Of a stretch of 64,000 bases of DNA, positions 1 to 7,737 are shown one piece after another. A program made the position numbers and the translations under genes. The DNA is taken from NCBI GenBank assembly GCA_045603405.1, contig JAZUMA010000032.1, forward strand, positions 102 through 64,101. Direction: 5' to 3'. Under the pieces are notes generated by a model. It did no database searches and was not told the DNA's origin. It saw nothing but the letters and a program-made list of their open reading frames with translations. Source of the DNA: Alphaproteobacteria bacterium (lineage in GTDB: Bacteria > Pseudomonadota > Alphaproteobacteria > RF32 > CAG-239). Each line of letters starts with the position of its first letter. The first letter of the stretch is position 1.

Positions 1-1146
1 GGCTTTAGTGAACGGGTCATAACTCTCACGAGTTTCTCGGCTCGGTATTTCTAACTGCACATTTAATGCTAAACTTACATAACCTTTTCGTTGAGCATAC
101 GTTAAAAACTCTTTGAAAGAACGTAAATATTTCTTAACCGTGGTCGTAGAAATGTTCTTTTCTGTTATGTCTTCCGTCAGGCAATTTTTGAGTTTCTTTT
201 TCTTATAAAGGTCGGTCTTTTTCCAGTTCTTCGGAATGTAATAAATCTTCTGCGAGATAAAATCACAATCCTTTGCGGTCAGATTTTCAACGTACTTCTT
301 GTCAATCAAATCAAAAATGGCTTCAAGACAAGTATAATCCTTCTGTAGCGTAAGGTCACCGGTGCCTTTAATCTGCTGCTTGTATTCCTTAAACTTCTTA
401 AATAGGGTTTGCCAGTTGGTTTTGACTTGTGGTGCACGAACCGTATTAGCGGCACGTTCTTCTTCAATATAACTCAAACAGCGCTCAATCACGGCAGGAA
501 TATAGAAGTTGCGGTTATCGGTAACGATGGCATCAGCACGGTTTTGAGCGTATTCATCCGCCATTTTCATACCGTTTTCCAGTTTATCCAGCCAATCTGG
601 ACGGGCTTCATCTGGTTCAATGGCATTTTTCTTGACTGTGCGCTTTAAGAAATCAAATACGGACGGCGGAATACGTTTGTTATTTTTCATTGCCATCACA
701 TATTTCTTCACAAAACTGATAATTTGCTCGTCCTTAAATTCTTCATAAGAACCCATAAAGTCAGATTTAGCATAGTTTTTCTCGTCAAGCATTGTGATTT
801 CAGGAGCACGAGGGGACATTTCGCCATTTTTAATCTTATAATACGAATCGTCTAGTTTATCTTGGATTTCTTTGATTCGGTTAGAGATGATATTCTCAAT
901 ATCATCTTGCGATAAATGCAGTTTTCCGTTCCTAATTTCCATAATTAGCCACCTCACGTCATTGAGAAGCGTGTCAAACTTAAATGCTTCCCGTTTTACC
1001 AAGTGTACGGCGATATTATAATCGTTAGTGTTTAAAGAATACCTAAAATTCACGGTGCTAAAAAACTGCCGCATATTATTGGGTATCCAATACCTGAAAT
1101 AATAGGTATTCTTTCTGCGTTCTAAATGGTTCTGTTTTAAAGCCAT
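1..1146 (-). CDS. int: Phage-type tyrosine recombinase (integrase), N-terminal ~380 codons; catalytic C-terminus lies beyond the window edge
   Basis: Absent from the ORF track because it has no in-window stop. Hand translation of the minus strand from ATG (complement of 1144-1146) is open to position 1: MALKQNHLERRKNTYYFRYWIPNNMRQFF...TTVKKYLRSFKEFLTYAQRKGYV...SYDPFTKA. The YYFRxxIP N-terminus and core-binding-type helices are typical of island/phage integrases. It lies adjacent to a tRNA 3' end and looks more GC-rich than the rest of the window. Confidence 0.75.
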   Translation of the reverse strand, partial: MALKQNHLERRKNTYYFRYWIPNNMRQFFSTVNFRYSLNTNDYNIAVHLVKREAFKFDTLLNDVRWLIMEIRNGKLHLSQDDIENIISNRIKEIQDKLDDSYYKIKNGEMSPRAPEITMLDEKNYAKSDFMGSYEEFKDEQIISFVKKYVMAMKNNKRIPPSVFDFLKRTVKKNAIEPDEARPDWLDKLENGMKMADEYAQNRADAIVTDNRNFYIPAVIERCLSYIEEERAANTVRAPQVKTNWQTLFKKFKEYKQQIKGTGDLTLQKDYTCLEAIFDLIDKKYVENLTAKDCDFISQKIYYIPKNWKKTDLYKKKKLKNCLTEDITEKNISTTTVKKYLRSFKEFLTYAQRKGYVSLALNVQLEIPSRETRESYDPFTKA

Positions 1147-1170
1147 ACTGTCACACCCAACTGTCACACC
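1147..1170. repeat. Tandem 11-bp direct repeat ACTGTCACACC (1147-1157 and 1160-1170) abutting the integrase start codon
   Basis: Read directly from the sequence. On the integrase strand it reads GGTGTGACAGT-TG-GGTGTGACAGT-ATG. Confidence 0.6.
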
Positions 1171-1215
1171 TATGTTATTTTACCAAAAAAGTGCAATTTT
1201 GGGTGCTTTTAAACG

Positions 1216-1240
1216 AAAAAACCTCTGAAAAATCAGAGGT
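1216..1240 (-). terminator. Intrinsic terminator downstream of tRNA-Gln
   Basis: 8-bp stem ACCTCTGA/TCAGAGGT with a 4-nt loop. On the minus strand it is followed by TTTTT. Confidence 0.7.
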
Positions 1241-1253
1241 TTATCAAATTTCT

Positions 1254-1328
1254 TGGCTGGGGCGGCTGGATTCGAACCAACGAATGTCGGCACCAAAAGC
1301 CGATGCCTTACCACTTGGCGACGCCCCA
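1254..1328 (-). tRNA. tRNA-Gln (anticodon UUG), CCA encoded
   Basis: The reverse complement is TGGGGCGTCGCCAAGTGGTAAGGCATCGGCTTTTGGTGCCGACATTCGTTGGTTCGAATCCAGCCGCCCCAGCCA. It has anticodon stem TCGGC/GCCGA, loop TTTTGGT (anticodon TTG) and a T-loop GGTTCGAATCC. Confidence 0.9.
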
Positions 1329-1710
1329 ATGCTCTATTGTGGTAAGCTTGTTTGTTGCAAGCAAGGTATTTTCTATGATAAAAAAAATATAATTGCAAGT
1401 GTTTTTTTTGCAAATGTTAAAAAAAGTGATTAATCGGAGAAAAAGCAAAGAGGCGAGATACACGGGCAATAGTTTTTTTAATTCGAAGATGCCTGACCTC
1501 GATTGGGGAGGCCTGACAGCCACAATCTTTCAGGGTATGACAGTTTAAGAATATAGTAATGGGTGTCGAGCCGCCTTAACCGTCATCGGTATCTATGACA
1601 CCTCAAGGTATAACAATAAGAAGAGGTGCATAAATAAAATTGCGCTTTACAATGGGAAAAATGTTTCTATACTCCAGTCAGCTTTATCAAATAAAAAAAG
1701 AGGGGTTAAA

Positions 1711-2316
1711 ATGGATTTTATATCTGAATTTAGTTTACGAGAATTTTTGAGTGCGTTTGTGGTGTTATTTGCGATTACCGATGCGCCGGGTAATGTGCCG
1801 ATTGTGATTAGTATGCAAAACAGAAAAATACATATCAGTGCCAGACGTTCGCTATGGTATTCATTAGCCTTAATGTTGTTTTTCTTTTATGCCGGAGAAG
1901 CATTTTTGAAGTTATTCGGACTTGATATTCAATCTTTTGCTATTGCCGGTTCATTGGTGGTCTTTTTGATTAGTATTGAGCTAATCTTAGATGTTAATAT
2001 ATTTTGTGAAAGTCCGGATTTGAAAGATGACGGAACATTTGTGCCGGTGGTCTTTCCTTTATTTATTGGCGCAGGTGTGTTAACAACCTTGCTTTCTATT
2101 CGTTCACAATATGCCGATATTAACGTTTTGCTTGCCGTGGTGGCTAACAGTTTGTGTGTTTATGCTACAATTAAGCTATCGAGATTGCTCAAAAAATATT
2201 TGAAACCGGCAACCATTTATCTTTTGAAAAAGTTCTTCGGAATGATTTTATTGGCTATTTCGGTAAAATTATTTATAACCAATGTAACTGCGCTTATTTA
2301 TCACTTGAGCGCATAA
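1711..2316 (+). CDS. MarC family (UPF0056) integral membrane protein
   Basis: 201-aa multi-TM ORF. The N-terminal FAITDAPGNVPIV motif is typical of MarC/UPF0056. Confidence 0.7.
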   Translation: MDFISEFSLREFLSAFVVLFAITDAPGNVPIVISMQNRKIHISARRSLWYSLALMLFFFYAGEAFLKLFGLDIQSFAIAGSLVVFLISIELILDVNIFCESPDLKDDGTFVPVVFPLFIGAGVLTTLLSIRSQYADINVLLAVVANSLCVYATIKLSRLLKKYLKPATIYLLKKFFGMILLAISVKLFITNVTALIYHLSA

Positions 2317-2413
2317 ATAAAAAGGCCGGATAAAAATCCGTTTTTTTTATTAACGATTCTTAAATATTGTTAAGTGTAATATACAAAAAAACAAGACATT
2401 AAGGAGAAAATAA

Positions 2414-3229
2414 ATGGCAGAAGTTTATACTATTGATGGGCAAAGATATGAAGTAGAAGTAGAAAAAAGCTCTGACGGAAAACAAAAACTTGTTATTAAC
2501 GGTCAAGAAATAACACTTCAAACAAGTCGAGTTAATGAAAGAGGGTTCGGTGTTGAGTTAAATATAGTTGCCAGTGGAAAAAATGTAGAATTAGGAAAAA
2601 CAGCATATGAATTCGCATATAAAGGCCCGTCAATAGATGAAATTAATGCTGTGATGAAAGAACGTGTCGCTAGGGGGACTGCAACACAAATGGAAAGAGT
2701 TGCTGTTTACCAACAACAATACAATAATAGAGCTGTGGCAGAAGCATTAGCTAAAGGAAAATCAGAAACTGAAGCTGATTTATTGAAGTTAAAAGAGTCA
2801 CAGATTTCCGGAAAAGAACCATTGCCGGATATAAAGAAAAGATTTCCTTGGGCATATGCATCTAAAACAGAACGTGCAAAAGATTATATAACACAAAAAT
2901 TAAATAAAGACGCAGCTTATAGAGTAAAGTGTCGCCGTTTTTTAGAAGAAAAAAAGGAAGAAATGTTTGATCAGATGTATCGAGAAGGAAATAAAATTAT
3001 CATTAAAGATGGTTTTGCAAAAAATGAAGATCCCGCAGAAAATGATCTTCATAAAGATTTGGCCCTGCAGGAGAAAGCCAGCAAAGCATGGTCTGGATTG
3101 GATAATTCAAAAAACGATGAGAAAACAAAACGTCTTGTCGCTGCAGCTAATGCTAAGCAAAATCAGGAAAAGAAGGCAAGTCATCAAGTGCCTATACAAC
3201 AAATGACAGATGGTCACGACAGAGCATAA
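2414..3229 (+). CDS. Hypothetical protein (271 aa, hydrophilic, no recognised family)
   Basis: Long ORF with SD AAGGAG at 2401-2406 and a terminator at 3237-3264. Confidence 0.6.
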   Translation: MAEVYTIDGQRYEVEVEKSSDGKQKLVINGQEITLQTSRVNERGFGVELNIVASGKNVELGKTAYEFAYKGPSIDEINAVMKERVARGTATQMERVAVYQQQYNNRAVAEALAKGKSETEADLLKLKESQISGKEPLPDIKKRFPWAYASKTERAKDYITQKLNKDAAYRVKCRRFLEEKKEEMFDQMYREGNKIIIKDGFAKNEDPAENDLHKDLALQEKASKAWSGLDNSKNDEKTKRLVAAANAKQNQEKKASHQVPIQQMTDGHDRA

Positions 3230-3236
3230 TTTAAAA

Positions 3237-3264
3237 AAAGTGCCATAAGTGAGGCACTTTTTTT
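3237..3264 (+). terminator. Intrinsic terminator
   Basis: Stem AAAGTGCC/GGCACTTT followed by a T-run. Confidence 0.75.
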
Positions 3265-3284
3265 GTACCTGGTAATATATTTGC

Positions 3285-3313
3285 TTGACAACTAGTAGAA
3301 AACAAGTCAAAAT
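3285..3313 (+). promoter_or_regulatory. Sigma70-like promoter of the cysS leader transcript
   Basis: TTGACA (3285-3290), 17-nt spacer, CAAAAT (3308-3313). Confidence 0.45.
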
Positions 3314-3333
3314 CCACCTCAAAGAGAGGAAAA

Positions 3334-3384
3334 ATGCTTTATGATATGAAGAATATTTGTTGTTGCTGTTGCTTAAACTCCTAA
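3334..3384 (+). CDS. Putative cysS leader peptide MLYDMKNICCCCCLNS (16 codons, five consecutive Cys codons)
   Basis: ATG at 3334 is preceded by GAGAGG (3324-3329). Codons TGT TGT TGC TGT TGC span 3358-3372 and TAA is at 3382-3384. The ORF lies between a promoter and a terminator directly upstream of cysS. It is too short for the ORF track. Confidence 0.55.
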   Translation: MLYDMKNICCCCCLNS

Positions 3385-3424
3385 AGCTTTGCTGCCGGAG
3401 CTGGTTTCAGCTATAATAAAAATA

Positions 3425-3446
3425 GGCGGCGCAGAGCCGCTTTTTT
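3425..3446 (+). terminator. Attenuator-type intrinsic terminator 17 nt upstream of the cysS start
   Basis: GGCGGC-GCAGA-GCCGC followed by TTTTTT. GCTGCC (3391-3396) can alternatively pair with the left arm GGCGGC (one G-U pair). Confidence 0.6.
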
Positions 3447-3463
3447 AATTTAGAACAAAGGAT

Positions 3464-4888
3464 ATGATGATGAGCGTATATTTATATAACACTAAGACAA
3501 GAAACAAAGATGAGTTTATTCCGTTGAATGCGCCGGAAGTAACAATGTATTGTTGTGGCCCGACAGTATATAACTATGCGCATATCGGTAACCTGAGAAC
3601 TTATATATATGAAGATTTATTGGCAAATACTTTACGTTTAGCCGGATACAAAGTAAAACATGTGATGAACATAACCGACGTTGGTCATTTAACCAGTGAT
3701 GGCGATGAGGGTGAAGATAAGATGCAGGTTGCAGCCGAACGTGAAAAAAAGAGCGTTTTAGATATAGCGCGCATGTATGAAGACGCTTTTTTCCGTCACA
3801 CTGCGGCACTCGGACTTAAAAGACCGACAATAGTTTGCCGTGCAACTGAGCATATCCAAGATATGATAGAATTTGTAAAAGTACTTGAGGATAAAGGATT
3901 TGCCTATATTTCAAATGGTAACGTTTATTTTGATACAGCCAAATTTCCACGTTATGGTTGTTTATCAGGGCAAAGCAGAGATGATTTAAAGCATGGTGCC
4001 AGAACAGAACAAGATATGAATAAACGTAATCCGTCAGATTTTGTCCTTTGGTTTACTTCCTCAAAGTTTGAAAACCAAATTTTACAATGGGACAGCCCAT
4101 GGGGAAGGGGGTATCCTGGATGGCACATAGAATGCTCGACCATGGCAACCAAGTACTTAGGAGAGCGCATTGATATCCACTGCGGCGGAATAGACCATAT
4201 TCCGGTTCATCATGAAAATGAAATTGCTCAGTCAGAGGCGCGTTTAGGACACGAATGGGTGAATTATTGGGTGCACATGGAATTTTTAAATAACAAAAGC
4301 GGAAAGATGAGTAAATCAAAGGGCGGTTTCTTAACTTTAGATACATTAGAAGAAAAAGGTTACAAGCCGGTGCATTACAAATATTTCTGCTTAACTTCAC
4401 ATTATCGCAGTACAGCAATCTTTTCTGAAGAAGCAATGGATGCCGCTAAAAAAGCCTATGAAAATTTAGCAGATTATGTGGCAACATTTAAAGCAACCGC
4501 GAAAAATATGCTGACAGATAGTGAAAAAATAGAATTAGAGACACTAAAAAATGAATTTAATTTTTATTTATTTGATGATTTAAAAACACCCATGGCTCTT
4601 TCTTACATGTGGAATATTGTTAAAGATAATAAAAAATCTGAAACATTGCGTTTATCTTTCTTAATGCATATTGATGGTGTACTAAATCTGTTTTTGAAAG
4701 ATATAGCTCCCAAAGCAATAGCAAAAGTCGAAGTAACAACAGAAATTGCAGAATTATTAGCACAAAGAGCTGAAGCTCGTGCTGCTAAAGATTGGGTAAA
4801 ATCAGATGAAATAAGAGATAAATTGGCAGCCTTAGGAATAGGAGTTAAAGATCTGCCGAATAAAGAAATTGAATTAATTAAATTATGA
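3464..4888 (+). CDS. cysS: Cysteine--tRNA ligase
   Basis: Class I HIGH motif (YNYAHIGNLR) and KMSKS (GKMSKSKG). The 474-aa length is typical of CysRS. Confidence 0.95.
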   Translation: MMMSVYLYNTKTRNKDEFIPLNAPEVTMYCCGPTVYNYAHIGNLRTYIYEDLLANTLRLAGYKVKHVMNITDVGHLTSDGDEGEDKMQVAAEREKKSVLDIARMYEDAFFRHTAALGLKRPTIVCRATEHIQDMIEFVKVLEDKGFAYISNGNVYFDTAKFPRYGCLSGQSRDDLKHGARTEQDMNKRNPSDFVLWFTSSKFENQILQWDSPWGRGYPGWHIECSTMATKYLGERIDIHCGGIDHIPVHHENEIAQSEARLGHEWVNYWVHMEFLNNKSGKMSKSKGGFLTLDTLEEKGYKPVHYKYFCLTSHYRSTAIFSEEAMDAAKKAYENLADYVATFKATAKNMLTDSEKIELETLKNEFNFYLFDDLKTPMALSYMWNIVKDNKKSETLRLSFLMHIDGVLNLFLKDIAPKAIAKVEVTTEIAELLAQRAEARAAKDWVKSDEIRDKLAALGIGVKDLPNKEIELIKL

Positions 4889-5148
4889 GGAAGACAATGA
4901 CAAACGAAAATGAAAAAATAGAAGATTTAAGCTTTGAAGAAGCCTTAGCAAAGCTCGAGAGTATAGTGAGAGAGCTTGAAAGCGGTAAAATTAAACTGGA
5001 TGATGCCGTAAGCAGTTATGAGAGAGCCGTAGCATTAAAAAAACTCTGCCAAGACAAACTTAATGCGGCGGCGCTAAAGGTTGAAAAAATAGAAATAGCA
5101 AAAGACGGTACACTTTCAACTGCTCCATTGGAAAATGTTGAAGCTTGA
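4885..5148 (+). CDS. xseB: Exodeoxyribonuclease VII small subunit
   Basis: LSFEEALAKLESIVRELESG is the typical XseB N-terminus. The start overlaps the cysS stop (ATGA). Confidence 0.85.
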   Translation: MRKTMTNENEKIEDLSFEEALAKLESIVRELESGKIKLDDAVSSYERAVALKKLCQDKLNAAALKVEKIEIAKDGTLSTAPLENVEA

Positions 5149-5161
5149 TTAAGGGACCAAA

Positions 5162-6055
5162 ATGACTGAAATAGAAACAGTATTGAAAGAGTTTTCAAAG
5201 AAATTTAATCAAGATTTGGAAAAATATTTTCCTCAGACAGGGAACCTAGAACATCGTGCAGTTAGAGCAATGCAATACAGTCTGATGAATGGCGGAAAAA
5301 GGTTGCGTCCATTTTTATTGCATGAAACAGCTTCAATTTTCGGCGTTCCGTATGAAATAGCTTTTCCTATAGCCGCATCACTTGAAATGTTACATACATA
5401 CTCTTTAATACACGATGATTTACCGGCAATGGATAATGATAATTTCCGTCGTGGTAAGCCGACATGTCATAAGGCATTTGATGAAGCAACGGCGATTCTA
5501 GCCGGAGATGGACTTTTAACCTATGCTTTTGAAGTATTAAATAAAGCTATTTTAGAACCACATAAGAAGGTTGAACTGACATTGATGTTGGCAGAGGCTG
5601 CTGGTGCTTTTAGGGGAATGATAGCCGGACAAGTACTTGATTTATACACAGATATGCATCAATTAGTGGCAAATCCTGAACAATTAATTAAGCATATAGA
5701 GGAACTTAAAACGGGATGCTTGCTTCGCTATCCGTGTGAAGCCGGTGCAATTTTGGGAAATGCTACATCAGAAGAAAAGAAGCTTCTTATTAACTATTCG
5801 CGAAACATCGGCATAGCATTCCAAATAACGGATGATATCTTAGATGTCGAAGGGGATGAAAAATTGGTCGGTAAGACGCTGAATAAAGATAAAACTCAAC
5901 AAAAGCTAAATTTCGTCAGCATATATGGTGTCAGTAAAGCCAAACAAATGGCACAAGAACTAGTTAAGGAAGCTAAAGAAACAATTTCTGTTTTTGGTTC
6001 TCGCGCAGACCATTTAAAAGATTTGTCAAGCTATATTTTAACCAGAAATCATTAA
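5162..6055 (+). CDS. ispA: (2E,6E)-farnesyl/geranylgeranyl diphosphate synthase
   Basis: Two Asp-rich motifs, LIHDDLPAMDNDNFRRGKP and ITDDILD. The xseB-ispA adjacency is common. Confidence 0.9.
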   Translation: MTEIETVLKEFSKKFNQDLEKYFPQTGNLEHRAVRAMQYSLMNGGKRLRPFLLHETASIFGVPYEIAFPIAASLEMLHTYSLIHDDLPAMDNDNFRRGKPTCHKAFDEATAILAGDGLLTYAFEVLNKAILEPHKKVELTLMLAEAAGAFRGMIAGQVLDLYTDMHQLVANPEQLIKHIEELKTGCLLRYPCEAGAILGNATSEEKKLLINYSRNIGIAFQITDDILDVEGDEKLVGKTLNKDKTQQKLNFVSIYGVSKAKQMAQELVKEAKETISVFGSRADHLKDLSSYILTRNH

Positions 6056-6152
6056 AATATGACATTTTTGTTACAAAAAGTTCTTGCCAAACGGACAAAA
6101 ATATGTTAAACTTCCATTATAGGATGAAGAAATTATTATAAAGGAGGTTGTA

Positions 6153-6599
6153 ATGAGTAGGGGTAAACTAAGAGATGCTATAAGGAACGGTGATGGACAA
6201 TTACCGAAAATCACAGATGTTAGCAGTAAAGATTTTATTGATGCTTTAGATAAATGTCAAACACCGGAAGAAATATACAGCCTATTAGCTGATAATATGG
6301 ACAGTAAGACATTGGCTGATAGAGTAAGCCTCCTTCAGAAAAATTGCCATAACAATGATTTGATAGTAGCTTTAGAAAGTAATAAAGCAAGATGTAATTC
6401 CAATTTAGGGTTTAGGACATCTCATGAAGCAAAAGTGATTATGGCTGCAGATAGATTTCAAAAAATAACTCAAGGTAAAGCAGGGCATAAAGTTGAAGAG
6501 TTTGAGAAAGGGTTGGCAAAATACATGGCATCACATACTCAGGAAAAATCTGATGTAAAAGATATGGCTTTGCAGTTAGTAGCGTGGAGGACAAGATAA
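6153..6599 (+). CDS. Hypothetical protein (148 aa)
   Basis: ORF with SD AAGGAGG upstream and a terminator downstream. No family recognised. Confidence 0.55.
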   Translation: MSRGKLRDAIRNGDGQLPKITDVSSKDFIDALDKCQTPEEIYSLLADNMDSKTLADRVSLLQKNCHNNDLIVALESNKARCNSNLGFRTSHEAKVIMAADRFQKITQGKAGHKVEEFEKGLAKYMASHTQEKSDVKDMALQLVAWRTR

Positions 6600-6633
6600 G
6601 ATTACAGATTTAAAATTCATTATACACATAAAA

Positions 6634-6661
6634 ATACCCTCATAAAAGAGGGTATTTTTTG
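6634..6661. terminator. Bidirectional intrinsic terminator between convergent genes
   Basis: Stem ATACCCTC/GAGGGTAT flanked by an A-run and a T-run. Confidence 0.75.
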
Positions 6662-7087
6662 TTAATAGATGTTTTTACCAAATCGGTTATCTTTTTGATC
6701 ACCTTTGAAAAAAGGCAAAAAGAACACCGGAAAAATAAGCATAGACCACCAAGCACTCATATTGATATCATGAAAACGTCTAAAAGAAAGAGTAATTGAC
6801 GGTATAGAAATAATAAAACTGATAGCTAATCCACCATAATTAAATAAAGCAAAATTTTCAGGGTTTTCTACGTCTATCTCAAAATGAAATAAGATGATAT
6901 ATACATACAAAATATTAAGCAAAAATCCGAAAATAGCGCTTAATATTGAAAACGCCCACCACTCTTTTCTGGAAGCCCGTCCGTTAATGTTTAAATAATT
7001 ACGTCCGAACATGTCGGTTATAAAGATTTGAAACCAATCAGAACGAACTAATACAGCTCCTAAAGAACTATTTCCAGCATTTTCCAT
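6662..7087 (-). CDS. DUF805 (YhaH/YhaI-like) inner-membrane protein
   Basis: GRASRKEWWAF...RRFHDINMSAWW are signature motifs of DUF805. Confidence 0.75.
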   Translation of the reverse strand: MENAGNSSLGAVLVRSDWFQIFITDMFGRNYLNINGRASRKEWWAFSILSAIFGFLLNILYVYIILFHFEIDVENPENFALFNYGGLAISFIISIPSITLSFRRFHDINMSAWWSMLIFPVFFLPFFKGDQKDNRFGKNIY

Positions 7088-7127
7088 TGAAAAACCTCAA
7101 AAAAGACAGCAAAATATTACCATACAT

Positions 7128-7736
7128 CTACTCAATACAACAATCAACCGCTTTGCGTACAAAAGCTTTCATTTTGGCAAAACCTGACTTTGGTTCTTCA
7201 GCTATTGGAACAACAACATCTTTTTTGATTACAGAAGGAGCTTGTTCATTTAGCTTATCACTTATTTTTTTGATATCTTTCACACTGTCTTCAATCCATT
7301 TCATATCAGAAACATTAAGCATATTCATATTAAGTCCCCAAAACAGGCAATACAAATCATAAGCCTTGTTAAACAAGTCATAAGCTTGCTCTTTATTGCC
7401 CAAGGACTGTTGCTTTGTTCCGACTTCCATTAAACGCATTGAAGACGCAAGTAAATGTTTGGAAATACACCAAACTTCTCCCTCATAGCTTGGAATTATT
7501 TTTTGCATAAGCTTTTTACGAGTTTCTCTTACATCTTCAATCAAATCGTAAAAAGAATTTTTACCGGTTTTAGCACCTGAAAATACCAAATGCTCCTCAA
7601 TGGAAATTAGATTCATAATTGCAATTGTCAAATCTTGATCAGAAGACAAATCCTTGGGATTTATCTTTTTGGTAGCATCAATGCGCTCAACAAACTCTTT
7701 AACAGTTTCAGCTTTTTTCATATCTGTTATCTCCAT
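7128..7736 (-). CDS. Hypothetical soluble protein (202 aa, predicted helical)
   Basis: Long ORF whose start is 1 nt from the stop of the upstream gene (7738). No family recognised. Ends ...VDCCIE. Confidence 0.55.
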   Translation of the reverse strand: MEITDMKKAETVKEFVERIDATKKINPKDLSSDQDLTIAIMNLISIEEHLVFSGAKTGKNSFYDLIEDVRETRKKLMQKIIPSYEGEVWCISKHLLASSMRLMEVGTKQQSLGNKEQAYDLFNKAYDLYCLFWGLNMNMLNVSDMKWIEDSVKDIKKISDKLNEQAPSVIKKDVVVPIAEEPKSGFAKMKAFVRKAVDCCIE

Positions 7737-7737
7737 A

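Larger units (their letters stand above)
1..1253. mobile_element. Right-hand end of a putative integrated element (genomic island or prophage) inserted next to tRNA-Gln
   Basis: The integrase gene reads away from, and starts 108 bp from, the 3' end of tRNA-Gln. This is the classical tRNA-integrase junction. The body of the element would lie left of the window. Confidence 0.45.

Noticed and set aside
409-648. 79-aa plus-strand ORF from the track
   Set aside because: It lies entirely antisense within the uninterrupted integrase reading frame. It has no RBS and its composition is typical of an antisense shadow ORF.
1180-1523. Three track ORFs (1180-1413 minus, 1191-1433 plus, 1308-1523 minus)
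   Set aside because: They overlap the tRNA-Gln gene and its terminator and promoter region. They are best explained as spurious.
1488-1620. Possible yybP-ykoY (Mn) riboswitch, because of TTGGGGAG and TATGACAG strings
   Set aside because: Only fragments of the consensus are present. The closing helix cannot be drawn, and the downstream MarC-family gene is not a known target. The TerC gene in this window, a classical target, has no leader at all. The region is retained only as an unexplained structured region.
7128-7142. C-terminal CCIE as a eukaryotic CaaX prenylation box (effector mimicry)
   Set aside because: The a1 and X positions (Cys, Glu) are poor matches to farnesyl or geranylgeranyl transferase preferences. 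A four-residue motif alone is insufficient evidence.
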